DNA from: Cyanophora paradoxa CCMP329
Taxonomy: Eukaryota; Plantae; Glaucophyta
Assembly (NCBI GenBank): GCA_004431415.1
Contig: QPMI01000559.1
Coordinates: 72,961 to 136,960, forward strand
Direction: 5' to 3'
Length of the DNA stretch: 64,000 nucleotides
Shown: piece after piece, positions 29,690 through 42,907 of the stretch
Layout of the letters: the number at the start of each line of letters is the position of its first letter
How positions within the stretch are numbered: position 1 is the first letter of the stretch
Notes under the pieces: model-generated
Told to the model about the DNA's origin: nothing
What the model saw: only the letters and a program-made list of their open reading frames with translations
The model's database searches: none
Position numbers and translations under genes: made by a program

Positions 29690-30620
29690 CAATTTCAGCC
29701 CCAATTTTCTCACTCTCTCCTTCCCGATCTTCAGCTACCCCTTACCCCGTCTTCTACTGCTGGTTTTACTGTGGATCGATTGATGCGTACCTTCTTTCAA
29801 GAGCTCGACCGCTTGTTGGAAATTCTTCCTCATCGCCTTCCTCCTCACCGCCGTGTGCGCTTCTTTTCTGATTTTCATACTGTTCCTCAGATTGACCCCT
29901 TCCGGTCTTCAAGGCTTCCTTCTGTGAACAATTGCTTGGTGCAGCGCGCGTGTTTGACTCAACCTGGCAACGATATCTTTCCTGTGAGCATGTTCCTGCT
30001 GCTCACCCTCCTTCGCATCTCCAACCTAGCCCGCTTCCGCTAGTCTTTCCTGCTGCCGTCTTATGTCCTGAACTTCTACACACTCTTAAGCGTCCTCCTA
30101 CTTTCGTAGATCCTTCTGACTCCGACTCTGATCATCTGATGGGGAGTCGATCTCTTCTGCTTCCTCTTCATCTTCTCGTGCTCCTAGTCCAGAGCGTGCT
30201 GATGCCCCAGGTACTCCAGAATATATAGAGCCTGAGCCTATTGCGGACAACCCTCTTCCTGCACATGCTCCTGAACCTGCTCAAGATGCTCTTGGTCCCG
30301 TTCTTCCTGCTCAGATCCATGATGAGGATAATGAAGAGGAACTTGCTTTGCTCCATAGACCCCGAGCGTCTTCTGCTAGTTCTAGTGCTCGTTCAGATTC
30401 ATCTAGTCCTGTAATCTATATTACAGATGATGACTTCTCTGATGCTGCTTCTGATTCTAGTCCTGTCACAGTGTAGTCTTTATTAGTGATGATGAGGATG
30501 AGCTCGACATCCCTTCTATCTACCCCAATTTTGCACTTTGAGACGCGATACCCCACCCGTGCCGTTCAGGGAGCCGGTATCGGGGTGGGATTCGTGTATT
30601 TGATATCTTTTTTCTCTCTC
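29690..30620 (+). mobile_element. Degenerate LINE 3' fragment related to the C-terminal extension of the 33.4-36.0 kb LINE
   Basis: FFQELDRLLEILPHRLP resembles LFRVLDDFMDMLPRRLP; CEHVPAAHPPSHLQPSPL resembles CEHVAQPAPSPDLAPSPL; PVIYITDDD resembles QVIIYVDD. Confidence 0.65.
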
Positions 30621-30745
30621 ATTTTGTAACCACCACCCAGACTCGAGTTCGAGTCCTGGGAGTGTCTTTTACTTGCTCTCTCTCTCTTTCGGGAGTCTTG
30701 GGGCCAGTGTTTGGCCACAACTTGCGTCTTGGCTGGCTGCCAGAC

Positions 30746-31966
30746 ATGCAGAGCCGAGAGGGCGCCGGAGGTAGCCGCGCGAGCGCCCAGCCGCAGCAGC
30801 GCACGGCCTCATTGGCTGCCAGGGCGCGAGACGCGCACGCTTGCCCGCCGCTCCCTGAACGCGCATCGTTACATGCAACCCCCTTTAACAGCCGGCCGGT
30901 GATGCAGCTCGAGCAGCGCCAATCCAGGGGCGCGCTCCAATCCAGGAGCGCCATCTCCTCGAGCAGCGCCAATCCAGGGGCGCGCTCCAATCCAGGAGCG
31001 CTGCGGGAGTGGCTGCAAACGATTCCAGCCAGTACTGCAGTGCGCCCGCGCGCCGCTGCTTCTGTTTCGATTTCTGACCAGCATCGGACAGCAGGCGGCG
31101 AGCTCGCCCGCTGCAAGGAAGCTTCAGCAGTCCTACGCTGTCTCGAACTCGACCAGCGCCCCAGCGCCTCGACCTGTAGCCGCAGCCGCAACTCGACGTG
31201 CAGCCGCAGCCGCAACTCGACCTGCAGCCGCAACAGCCGCAACTCGATCTGCAGCCGCAGCCGCAGCTCGACCTGCAGCCGCAACAGCCGCAGCTCAGTC
31301 TGTGTCTGCAACTCGACAAGCGGTGGCAACTCAACCTGCAGCCGCAAGTCGATCTGCAGCCGCCGATGGGCGCGCCACGCGCACGACCAACGAAGACCAC
31401 GACAACGACGCTTTAATCGCGAGATTACTCTGGGCCGAGGCGAACGGAATAGATATCGACCCCTCCATTTCCATCCGATTACGAGAGTCTGTTTCTGTTG
31501 AGTTCGACACAATGGGAGACTTCGCGGATGCACCTACCTCATCTCTGTCTCCAGAAGAGCAAGAAATGATTTCAGCTGCTCTTCGGGGAGCTGACCTCCC
31601 ACAGCGGAATTCGGCCTACGAAGGTTAGCGTCCTGCTTCACAGCCCGCGTCACCGCCCCCGGCTCAGCGGCCGCAGTCCCGCTTGAGAGCATGACTTATG
31701 AAGAAATCCTCGCACTTGAAGATCAACTCGGGCACGTCAAAAGAGGACTCAATCCAGACCTGCTCGCTTCTATGCCGGTTCGCATGATCGAGGAATCTTC
31801 TCAGGAAAAAACATGCTCGATCTGCACAGAAGATTACAAAGCTGGTGATTCAATCAAAACCTTGACATGCTTTCATGCATTTCATGTCGATTGCGTCGAT
31901 CCATGGCTGCGAGAGAACTCCAGCTGTCCCGTCTGCTTATCGGATCTTCGGGAAATTGCATCGTGA
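30746..31966 (+). CDS. RING-H2 E3 ubiquitin ligase with upstream (QPQPQLDL)n repeats
   Basis: MTYEEILALEDQLGHVKRGL and CSICTEDY...LTCFHAFHVDCVDPWLRENSSCPVC; 5' structure uncertain. Confidence 0.88.
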
Positions 31967-32300
31967 ATAACTGCACAAGCTCTCCCCACCACCCTTTTCC
32001 CCCTTTCCCCTTCCTCTCCTCATCATCATACTCACTCCCTGTCTCTCAACCCCACCCCCCACCCCACTCCATCCCCACCACCCTCCCCCCCCCCCCCCCC
32101 CCCTCCCCCGCGCGCCACCCCTTTTTCCCCACCTACTCTCCCTTTGCCCTCTCCCTCGCTCTCGCCCTCTCCCCTCCTCCATTCCCCCTAAGTTGCTTCT
32201 CTTGCTCTGACTGCTCCTCCGGCCTGCTTGCTGAGCTGTAATACCTTCCATGTAAGCTTTTACTGAGGCACACTGATCATACTGCCATGGCCAGGCTGTG

Positions 32301-32665
32301 TGCTCTTTCTAAGCTACGGGCGCGGCCGGACCTCCTACCTCAGCGCTTTAACTGTACCCGTGCTGTTTGGGTGAGCCGCTATTGCTCTATTCTTGAACAA
32401 AGAACTGGCCAAGGAGAGTAATGCGCCTCCCCGCGGACACTCTTGCTAGCTGCCCCGGCGAGGGGGGGGGGGGGGGGGGGGGGGGCGATGCCTGTTGACG
32501 CACTTCTGCGCGCTGTGGGCGCACGCCTCGGTCCTCTTCGCAACGTGGTACGCCTGCAGCGAGGCGGCCAGACATGTACATGGAGTCAGCCTGCGCCATG
32601 CCAGAGGGCAAGCTTAAGGGGGGGACGAATAGAGACCTAGGCCTAGGGGCACTCTGCTCAGGCTC
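32301..32665 (-). mobile_element. Second copy of the composite right-end unit
   Basis: Reverse complement of 22157-22520. Confidence 0.8.
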
Positions 32666-33001
32666 GCCATGCATGCATGTGACATCGATGCAGGTCCTCT
32701 CCCCGGCCCCTTCTATTGTTGCATTTCTCCACTTCATTTTTTGAAGGGGCCGGGGCCCATCATGATGATGCATGTGCAACTGCAAGTTGGAAATACCGTA
32801 GTACAGCCTTCTTATACCGTAGTACAGGGCCTACAATATATAGCGCTAGCATAGTAGCTAGGCTACAAGACTAGCTGGCCGTGTGCAAGATCGGTGGGCT
32901 GCGCGGGGCGCATGCCTAATTTAAAGCTGGGCTGACGCCGTGACGGTGGCAGCAGTACTAGTACTTGTGCACATACTATGCTTGTACATGCCATGATGTA
33001 G

Positions 33002-36000
33002 TAGAGCTTCGGCTCGAGCCGAGCCGGCTGGAGCGAGCCTCGGAGACGGGCTCGAGCCGGCCTTTTTCCGGCTCGAGCCGGCTCGTGGCGAGGGGCGGCT
33101 CGCTCAAGCCGGCGGCTCGAGCCGAGAGGGGAGGGCTGGCTCGAGCCAGTGGGGGCGAGCTAGCACGAGCCGGCAAGCCGGGGCTCGAGCCAGGGGGGGA
33201 AGAGGCGGCCTCTGACGTCAACAGCTCATTTCCAGCGCGTGTCGAGGGCCTGACTCATCAAATACAGTCTAGATAGCCTCTATTCTCTTACAGTAGATGC
33301 ATTCTGCATGTATCCACATGAGCTAGAGGCCCAGGTTCCTCCGCGCGCCCAAGTCTGGGGCTGGGGTACCCCCCCCCCCCCCCCTCGCCGGCTCGAGCCG
33401 GCTCGAAGAAGAAGAAGAGTATGTATAAGACACGCCCAAGCCGGTTGTGCGGTTTTGACGAAAGGCGAAGGACCCGAAGGCCCGAAGCACAATCGACAGT
33501 GAACCAACCAGACAAGGGTAGTGGCAGCGCAAACGCCTTACGGTCTACCGCGTATGCCCTGGCGGTCCGGCGCTCATACACGCAGACACGGAAAGCAACC
33601 ACAGACATCCCAATGCGGGCCTCTTCCTAATGCCGGCCTGGGGGAGTCCTGGTCACGACCTCGCGTGTGAAACCTTCAGCCATCAGTCATGTCATCAGTC
33701 TCTTCGTCAGAGATAAGCACCATTGGGGAACCTGGGTCATCAGCGAGATCCATAGAGGCAGCCTGGCAGCGGATGGGAGAGTTGGAGGAGGTGAGGGCCG
33801 CAAACGTTTGAAAGAAACCTGAGGTAGGACACCAGGAACGTTGTCACCATGATCCAGAGCACCAGAGTCTGGAGAAGACACTCGACGACGCTTAGGCGGG
33901 ACAATAGAATGAGAAAGAGGATCAGTCTCCATGGGCATCAGAGGCGCAGAAGAAGGCAGAGGGGCAGAAGAGGGAGGAGCTAGGGAAGCAATGACAGCAT
34001 GACTCGCGAAGTCGGGCTCAACATCAACAGCGTCGATTCGGATAGGAGAGATCGGCAGCATATCAGGGGCAAGCTCAGTGTCATCCACATAGATGATAAC
34101 TTGAGGAGAGGGCGGAGGTGAACCTGTATCATCGATAACAGCATCAAGACCGAATGCTGAAGCACCAACACGACGGCGTTGAAGAGGCGGCTCATCCTCT
34201 GAGTCAATATCCGGAGGCGGGTGAGGTGGCAACGGGTGAGGGGGTGAGTGAGCCACAGGACCAGGGTCAGGGGCAGGGTCGGGTCCCCCAGGGGGGTCGT
34301 CATCATCTGATGAGGTACTACTGGAGGAATCATCAGGATCATCAGGGCCAAGGTCGGAAAGGTCAGAGGAGTCTGAGCCGTTGTCAGGAGGGGACATATA
34401 GCCTTCAAGATCCTCCTTTTCAAGACGCTGCAGCAGGACAGGCCGCACACTGGCATAAGGAAACTGAGCCACAAGGGGGCTAGGGGCTAGATCGGGGCTA
34501 GGGGCAGGCTGAGCGACATGTTCACAGTGCGCATAAGAGGCTAGGGAATGGTCATAAGCACGAGCAGCGTCTAAAAGATTAGCGTAGAATGAAGAATGAG
34601 AGGGGTCAGCAGTAGAGATGAAACGGAAATACCCACGGACATAGGTGACTTTAAATCGAGGTAAACGACGAGGAAGCATGTCCATAAAATCGTCCAGAAC
34701 GCGGAACAAGGCAGTCATCAGAGTAGCTGTCTTCAAGCCCGTCTTGGAGGAAGGTGTAAGGGGCAGCTGTGTGTTAGGGTCCATTGCAAACGTAGCAGCA
34801 GCTTCAGTGCGACCTGCTCGATAGGCAAGACAGTACGAGCGGAAAATGATGTGCAATCCAAGAATCCGAACAACCTGCCACTCCCAGTCCTGCAAGAACA
34901 TCTAGCTGTCAGCGAAACGGACCGAGCCAGTAAGCAACCAGGCAACGAAGCGAGCGGAAGGAATGGACATCGGCTGGAGCTGCAGGGCATGGAAGATGAG
35001 CGACCAGAACTGCTGCACAACAGGGCAGAGAACGAAAACGTGCAGAGCATTGCAGCGCCGGTGGCAGACCGGACATAGCGAGGAGAGGAGCTCACTGTCA
35101 AGCAAATTTGCCGAAGCAGGACGCTGAATATCAGAGCGCGGGACGATGTGCGGAGAGCGTTGTAGCGCAGTGCAAAGTAGCCGTCAAGGACGCGCTGCGT
35201 GAGAGCGTAGCGGAGGTCGGGAATCACCGTGTTAAACCAGGGAAAGCGATCAGTGCGCGCATCGTAGCCCGGCGGCCAGAGGAACTTTGGAGAGAGATCA
35301 GCACGCCACTTAGTCTCAGCGGTCGTCGGCGCCATGAAAGCGTGGGAGGAGAGGTACTTGTACACGCTGTGAACCGTGAAACGCGACGGGGCAGCAGGCA
35401 GCTTGTACGCAACCGACTTAGAGAGGCGCAGCTCTTCCTTTGAGCGATCATTGATGTTCTCACGGTCAGAGTAGAACGCAAACGTACGCGTACGGGAAGA
35501 CGACGGTGGCAGCGGACGGAGTGCAAGGTCAGAAAGCTGCAACGAGTTCATGAGGAGCCGGACGAGTGCAGGCATGGAGAACAACTTGCAAGCGTTCTTA
35601 ACAAGGCTAAGCGCATGCGCAGGCACGGGAATGAAGTCGATCGCACGGGCCGCGGGCCGGATCGCAAGTACATCGGGGAGGGCAACGGGACTGTCAAGCG
35701 AAGCACTGCAGGGCACGTCAATCTCATGGAAAGCGAGCTGTGTGTCAGGAAGAAGGTGAACGCGACAGAGAGCTACGCCCTGAAGTGAGACGCGTTCAGC
35801 AGCAAGTTTCGAGAAAGGGCCAATAGCGAGACCTCCAGGTTCGTGTTTCCAGTCTGCAGTGCGACCACATCGCCAAACCTCTTGCGCAAGTCGATTATTG
35901 AGCGCATGCAGCTGGTCGCGCAGTTGCTCGGGATAGGAGGGCTCGACATCCCCATAGGAGGGGAGGGATAGGAGAGAGTATGTTCCCCAGAGAAGTCCCA

Positions 36001-36104
36001 GATTTGATAGTTGAAACGGAAGCCGGTTCGAGCTGGCTCGAGGCAGGAGGGGGCTGGCTCGAGCTGGCTCGAGCCGGGAGCTTTGTGCTCGAGCCGAAGC
36101 TCTA
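33002..36104. mobile_element. CTCGAG-rich MITE-like element with 18-bp TIRs, split by a LINE insertion
   Basis: TAGAGCTTCGGCTCGAGC at 33002-33019 and its exact inverse at 36087-36104; GGCTCGAGCC subterminal repeats on both arms. Confidence 0.6.
33407..36021 (-). mobile_element. 5'-truncated L1/Tx1-like LINE (post-RT region, zf-RVT, long C-terminal extension, (CTT)n tail)
   Basis: FTVHSVYKYL and CPVCHRRCNALHVFVLCPVVQQFW (CCHC knuckle); frameshift and stop present; ORF continues 34901-33687; tail at ~33406-33418. Confidence 0.85.
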
Positions 36105-36996
36105 GCACTGTGTAGCCCGGACTTCAGGGCCTTGGGGGTAGCTATAAGTATACCGGTACCGGTTCATCTCACAGTACTAGTGTCACAGCCACTGAGTGTC
36201 CAAATGCTGAACGATGCGCGAATTCAAAGCTTACATGGGAGGTATTGCTCTTCATGATCACATTGTATACGTATACGTATACGTATACGTAGCTACGTTT
36301 ACACACGTGCACTACGTACTGGAAACCGGCATGCACCGGGCCCTTACTAAGTTATATACTATGATAATTAGGGGGAGAATAGAGCAGGACACGTGCCGCG
36401 CAGTGCCAAGTGCAAGCCCTCCCGAGGGCGGACCGGAGGCCCTGAGGTCTCAATTTTGCAAAAGGGGGAGGCCTCAAAAACGGGAATTTGCCCGGCCAAG
36501 AAACATTAGTAAACACAAACTGCAGAACGCGAAATGCACTGCACCCGAAGTACGGTCTCATGATCAGCATGCAAGGGCCGGGGGCATTACTTTCAAGCTC
36601 CGCACCGGCCCCATTCATTGAATCCTGCTCGAGCTCGAATTATTGCAGAAGAATATTGAATCCTGATCACGAGTTCCGAAGTTCCGCTTTCAACTTGGCA
36701 ACCGGTCACGGGTCAAGTTCAACAATTTGAAGTTTTCACTTCCGCAGTGCTTCCGCTTTCGAATTTACTAGCGTTCGCGGCTGGCCCGGGGCCCGCTCCT
36801 TTCGTGCATGCGTGATGATGGCTTATGATTGTATCTTTTCGCTTTTTCCTACATGAACTCCTAATTACATCAACATCGAGGTGGTACATTGGGGGCGCTG
36901 CTGGACCCCGTCATGGAAGGAAACCCCTCCGAAAAATTTGAAAAAGGTCCAGGCTGTTTTGCCCATGGAAAGGCTGCCCGGCGGCTGAGAAGCCGC

Positions 36997-38977
36997 TTAC
37001 GCATCGTCGAGGGCCGCAACGCCGGGGAGGACCTTGCCCTCCAGCAGCTCGAGCGAGGCACCACCACCAGTGGAGATGTGCGACATCTTCTCCGCGAGAC
37101 CAGCCTTCTCGACGGCAGCAACCGAGTCACCGCCACCGATGATAGTCTTGCAGCCCTTGGGAGTGAGCTCGGCAAGGAGGTCGGCAATGGCGAAGGTGCC
37201 CTTCGCGAACTGCGCGGCGATTTCAACGCGGGTGCTTACGGCAGCTCGAAGAGATGCGCCATCTGGGTTGGACAAACCTTGTCAAACTCGAACACGCCCA
37301 TGGGGCCGTTCCAGATGACGGTCTTGGCGTCAGACAGAGCCTTCGAGAACGACTCGATCGACTTGGGGCCAATGTCCAGACCCATCCAGCCATCGGGGAT
37401 CTTGTCGGCATCAACGACCTGATAACGGACTGAGCAATCCGATCCGGACGAGGAACTACAGACACCCGTGCCTGCGTGTTGGCCTCGGGGTCGAACTTGT
37501 CGGCCAGGAGGACGTCCGTGGGCAGGAGGATTTCGACGCCCTTCGCCTTCGCGACCTCCTCGAGCTTCTTGGCGAGCTCAACCTTGTCCTCCTCAACGAG
37601 GGACGAGCCAGTAGGAAGGCCGCGGGCCTTGTAGAAAGTGAAGACCATGCCTGCATCACGGTAAGCCTACGATACCATAGATCGTAAACAGAAGCAAGTT
37701 TGAAGGAAGACGCACCACCGCCGATGATGAGCTTGTCGCACTTGTTCAGCAGCGACTCGATCACACCGATCTTCGAGGACACCTTCGAGCCACCGACGAT
37801 GGCGACGAGGGGGCGGACGGGCTCATCGACGGCGCCCCTAACGGAATCGGTTAGCTCCTGTGTTAGCTAGCTTTGTCGATCAGGGGTGCTCACGCAAGGT
37901 ACTCGAGCTCCTTCTCGAGGAGGAAGCCAGCGACGGAGGGCTTCAGGTACGCGGTCACGCCAGCGGTAGAGCCGTGAGCACTGCACGTGCGATGCTCGGC
38001 GCAAGCGAAAACACAGGCGAAAGACACGGCACCGCACCGGTGGGCAGTGCCGAAGGCGTCGTTGACGTAGAGGTCAGCGTTCGCGGCGAGCTTCTTGGCG
38101 AACTCGGCGTCGTTCTTCTCCTCCTCCGGGTAGAAGCGGACGTTCTCAAGGAGAATGACATCGCCCTGCAGAGCGGTCAAACCGGACCGCCAAGCCGAGC
38201 CCAGGAAAATCACCTCAGACATGGCCGCGACGGCGGACTCCACCTCCGCGCCGATGCAGTCGTTGGTCTTCTTCACCGGCTTGCCGAGGAGCTCCGAGAG
38301 GCGCGCCGCGACTGCGCCCCGCCACGACCGGTCAGCGCGCGCGCTGGAGCGCGCGATTCCGGATCTTCTAAAACGTTCTTTAGCTGTGATTTAGGCGTTC
38401 GGAAGGCGATCGGGGGCGCCCAGCCGGCCATCGATCGGCGCGCGCAATGTGCGTGCGAGTGCGCGCGATTGTGCGCGGCGGGCGTCGGACGAGGGGGGGG
38501 TGCGGATCCCGACGAACCCGGGGTGAGGCGGAACTTGTCCTCCGGGCCGCTCTTCGGGCGGCCGAGGTGGGACGTGACGAGGACCTTCGCGCCCTTCGAG
38601 GCGAGGTACTGGATGGTCGGCACGGCGGCGCGGATGCGGGTGTCGTCGGTGATCTTCATCTCCTTGTCGAGCGGGACGTTGAGGTCGCAGCGGATGAACA
38701 CGCGCTTGCCCTTGAGGTCGGCCTCAGTGAGGTTCTTGACCGACTTCTTAGCCAGCTTCGCCGACATGCGGATGGCCTTCGGGACAGCGAAAGACTTCTT
38801 CGCGGCCGCGAAACGGTTCTGCGCCGAGAAGGTGCGCGCGGCATCGAACTTCTTGGTCGCCGCGAAGCTCTTCGGGATGGCCGGGGCCGCCGAGGGCTTG
38901 GCAGAGCAAACCGACGACGACGCCTGAACGGCGGGCGCAGCGCGGACGCCAACGGCGGCGAACGAGGCGGCGAACAT
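36997..38977 (-). CDS. PGK: Phosphoglycerate kinase, plastid-targeted, multi-exon
   Basis: MFAASF... transit peptide; [65 protein letters not shown]. Confidence 0.98.
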
Positions 38978-39933
38978 GTTGAAGGCTGCGATGAACGAAC
39001 TATGGGAACAATCCTGGGCAGGGTACCGGATACAGACAAATCGTTCAAGTCGCTCTGACTGGGACCATGCTCAGACGTCATCAACAAGCCCGTCCCGATG
39101 CTTCGAATTCCGGTCCATATGCATAAGCATCCGGCGCCGGCCATGCATATGTAGCCGGTGATGCTCGCATGCTCAATATCGATATCGATATATCGATCGA
39201 TATCGCGAGCTCGAGCACAGCTGCATGCGGGGGGGCCTCCGGAAGGCGCTCTATTATCCGGCTTGGGCGTGTCTTATACATACTGTTCTTCTTCTTCTAT
39301 ATATATATATATAATCTAAACCTCTCTGTACACGCTAGGGTACAACCCGCCGTGTCGCCGGCACAGCGGGTTGGGTCGGGGGTTCGCCAGTCCGAGAGCA
39401 AGCCTGGTGGAGCCGCCGGGCTCAGAGCATCGGGGAGATCTATAGCTGTGTGGTCGGGGAGGAGAGAGACGGGGGGTACAGCACGGGAGGGCGTGGGGCC
39501 GTGGGAAGGGGCGGGGGAGGACCGTCGCCTTAAAAGCTTGGCTTTGTCTTCGATTCGGTGTCAATGATCGGGTCGCGCGAGCTCGAGGGTGCACGTTGCA
39601 ATTCAATGCAATTGCGCATGCAATTGGGGTGGCCATGGAGCGTGCACGCATTGTAATTACGTATACTCCCCTGGTCGTAAGCTTATAATTAAGCTTACGT
39701 GCTCGTGTACGTATACGGGCCTCGCGATCGGCCCGGCGCCGTGGCTGCGCGGGGGGAACTCGGAATTCGAACGGCGCGGGCCAGCCCCTTGCGGGCACGC
39801 GGGCCACGTTAATGTTAATTATAATTATAATCATAAGGTTTTACTTAGTAACGGCGAGCCTCGAGCTCGGAGATCGAGGGCCGCGCGCGCGGGCCACGTT
39901 AATGTTAATTTCACGGACCTCCGGGCCTTCCTA

Positions 39934-40130
39934 TGCTCTTTCTAAGCTACGGGCGCGGCCGGACCTCCTACTTCAGCGCTTTAACTGTACCCGTGCTGTT
40001 TGGGTGAGAGCGTAACCCGCAGGCCCTGAGGGACTGGTGCCCTAGGCCTGATCATCGGATGGAAAAAAGGGAATCGGAGCCTAGCTAGCTACGAGCTGAG
40101 CAGGCGCTTCGCGTCCACGCCCGTGCCGTA
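39934..40130 (-). mobile_element. Fanzor right end copy with small insertions
   Basis: Intact terminus TGCTCTTTCTAAGCTACGGGCGCG on the plus strand. Confidence 0.85.
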
Positions 40131-40639
40131 TAGACACAGGCGCTTCGCGTATAGACACAGGCGCTTCGCGTATAGACACAACACGCACCGCGCGGCGCCG
40201 CCGTCGCATATGCATTTATGAACGGAACAGGGACACTGCAGTTGCACTGCCCCTGTACATGTTGGAGGGGAAGGACCTCTATCGGTTGATCATGAGCAGG
40301 AAAGGTCAGGTTAGCCAAGATAGAGATAGCTATAGTGCTGACTCTGTAGATCTATAGCTAGAGCCTGCGCACGCAGCCGCTGATAATGATCATGAGTTGC
40401 GCGAACGCCTGCAGTTGGGACGGTCGGCCGGGCTCGCGATCGACTCGGCGAGCTCGTGGGACCGGAAGAGGACTTGCAGGTCAATCAGTTAGGTTGATTA
40501 GTTCTGGGTCTTCGACTCGCCCCCGCCCCCTGCTCGTCACGGCGTCTCGCGATCGGGATGTGCAAGGTGGCCATGTGGCCTAATTCAACAAAGACAGCAT
40601 CTGCAGACTGCAGCTAATGCTCGGTAGGCGTAGACGTGC

Positions 40640-41235
40640 CTCCTGCCGCGCCTCCGCCCCGCCCGGCGAGCCCCGCCGCCGCCCGCCGCGCCTCCGCCCC
40701 GCCCGGCGAGCCCCGCCGCCGCCCGCCGCGTCTCCGCCCCGCCCGACGAGCCGCGCCGCCGCCCGCCGCGGCTCCGCCCCGCCCGGCGCGCCGCTCCGCC
40801 GCCCGCTGCGCCTCCGCCCCGCCCGGTGCGCCGCGCCGCCGCCCGCCGCGCCTCCGGCCGCCCGGCGAGCCCCGCCGCCGCCCGCCGCGCCTCCACGCCG
40901 CGCCGCCGCCCGCTGCGCCCCGCCCGGCGGCGAGCCGCGCCGCCACCCGCCCGTCGAGCTGCACCGCCGCCCGCCGCGCCTCCGCCCGCCCGACGAGCCG
41001 CTCCGCCGCCAGCCGCGCCTCCGCCCCGCCGGCGCGCCGCGCCGCCGCCCGCCGCGCCTCCGCCCCGCCCGGCGAGCCGCGCCGCCGCCCGCTGCGCCCC
41101 GCCCGGCGGCGAGCCGCGCCGCCACCCGCCCGTCGAGCCGCGCCGCCGCCCGCCGCGCCTCCGCCCCGCCCGGCGAGCCGCGCCGCCACCCGCCGCGCCT
41201 CCGCCCCGCCCGGCGAGCCGCTCCGCCGCCCGCCG
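40640..41235. repeat. Extremely GC-rich minisatellite
   Basis: Recurrent CCGCCGCGCCTCCGCCCCGCCCGGCGAGCC units; long overlapping stop-free ORFs on both strands. Confidence 0.9.
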
Positions 41236-42243
41236 TCTGCTGCGGAGCGCGGCACACATCGAATCTAGTTGTGTGCACCTTGCGGCCGAGAAGAAGAAGG
41301 AGATGCGCAAGAGGAGCTGTTCGACGACATGGCGAGATCTGCACTTGAGCGCGCCTTCTTCTGTGTATGTGGCTTCTGTGCGCGCCCGGCGCGGGAGTGT
41401 CAATCGCGGGGCAGTCAGAACCGTCGGCGCGAACTCGGCCAGAGCAGCGCGCACCGGAACTCGGCGTCGCGGGCGCCTTCTTCCTGCACTCTCGCACGTG
41501 CTCATACAGGTTGTCGTGCCGAGTGAAGTGCTTCACTGCAGTCGCAAGGCAGCTCGGCCCCGCGACCTCGTCCACCTCTGCGCGCCGGCGCCATGCATGA
41601 GAACGAAGTTTGGCGGGGGAGGGGGGAGGGGCGAAGTTTGGGTACTGCAACACGATCGCGATAGGCGCCAAACTCTCATGATCAGGAGCACTTTTTTCCC
41701 GCGCCCGGCCCGGCGGTACAACAGGTACTTTAAGCGGCCTAGCGGGCCCGGCCACCCTGTGCCACACTGCCACGGTGCACCTCCGGTCTCGGCATGTATG
41801 ACATGAATCGTCGGGCTCATCACGCGCGTTTAGGCGCCGGTGCACTTGGTCCGGTAGATATACCGGACCGGTACCGCCACATGCATATGGCCCATATGCC
41901 TGGTACCCGGTGAGGCGCTAGATTGCATTTTTCGAAAATGTGTTATTAATATTAATATTGCAATTGCCGATTCCTGCAGCTGGCCATGGTCCACCCGACG
42001 TCGACAAGACCCGGCTCTACCGGTACCGGAACACGTTTTCGGACTCCTAGGGACATGCCTTGCAATTGCTAGGATCCGGCGAGAAATCCCGGGTTTTGGA
42101 AGGTTTCATTTTGGCCTGGGGTGGGCACCCGGACACCCCCAAGTGGGGGAAGGGGATCGAAGGACCTTCCCCAATAACGCAATTTCATACCCCCCTCCCC
42201 CTCCCACCCTCGGAGTGGCCGGTTCAGAAAGGCGCATTCAAGC

Positions 42244-42907
42244 ATGCTGTCGTTCACAGCTTCCGTCGCGCTCCCCGGCCAGCAGCGAGTGATCTCATTC
42301 ACCGGCGCCACCCGGTCACGCGCGCTGTGTCCACTGCCAGCCGTGCGGAAGGCGCGAACGCAGACGAGGCGTTTCGAAGCAGCGTCGGCCAAGCTGCGCA
42401 CGATCGAATCGAATGAGGATTGGAATGAGGCGCTGGAAGCATCCAAGGGCGGTCTGGTCGTTGCCATGTTTTCCGTGCGCCGCAAGTCATCGCTTGGCGC
42501 CCCGATCTTGGCCGCTAACGAAGCGCCCAGGCCAAGACCTGCGGACCATGCATAATGATTCAGCCAAAGATTGTCGAGTTCGCCGAGAAATTCAACGACG
42601 TCGTTTTCGTGCAGATCAAGGGCGACACGAATGAAGACACAAAGTCATTACCCTAATAAATTACGATTACGATCCAGCCTAATTCAAGAGCAGGTCCATC
42701 TGCAAGGAGCAGAAAATCAAGATGGTGCCGACGTTCCGCTTCATGTTCAATGGCGAGGTGCGGCGAGATTTCTCTATTGAAAACAAGTGTTGAACTGTTT
42801 CTAAAAAACATCAGAAAATTGACCACTACTCTGGCGCCAAGGCTGACGAGATCCTCGAGCACATTGAGCGAAACAAAGCGAAGGCTGAAGAATTAGCTGC
42901 CATGTAA
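42244..42907 (+). CDS. Plastid-type thioredoxin (Trx-f/CDSP32-like) with TCGPC active site
   Basis: MLSF... transit peptide; LVVAMFS|AKTCGPCIMIQPKIVEFAEKFNDVVFVQIKGD...|SICKEQKIKMVPTFRFMFNGE|KIDHYSGAK. Confidence 0.9.

Noticed and set aside
33002-36104. hAT classification of the 18-bp TIR element
   Set aside because: The 8-bp flanks (TGATGTAG and GCACTGTG) do not match; a TA duplication remains possible but is ambiguous.
40580-41845. Long Arg/Ala/Pro/Gly-rich overlapping ORFs on both strands
   Set aside because: Stop-free GC-rich minisatellite; no domain recognised.
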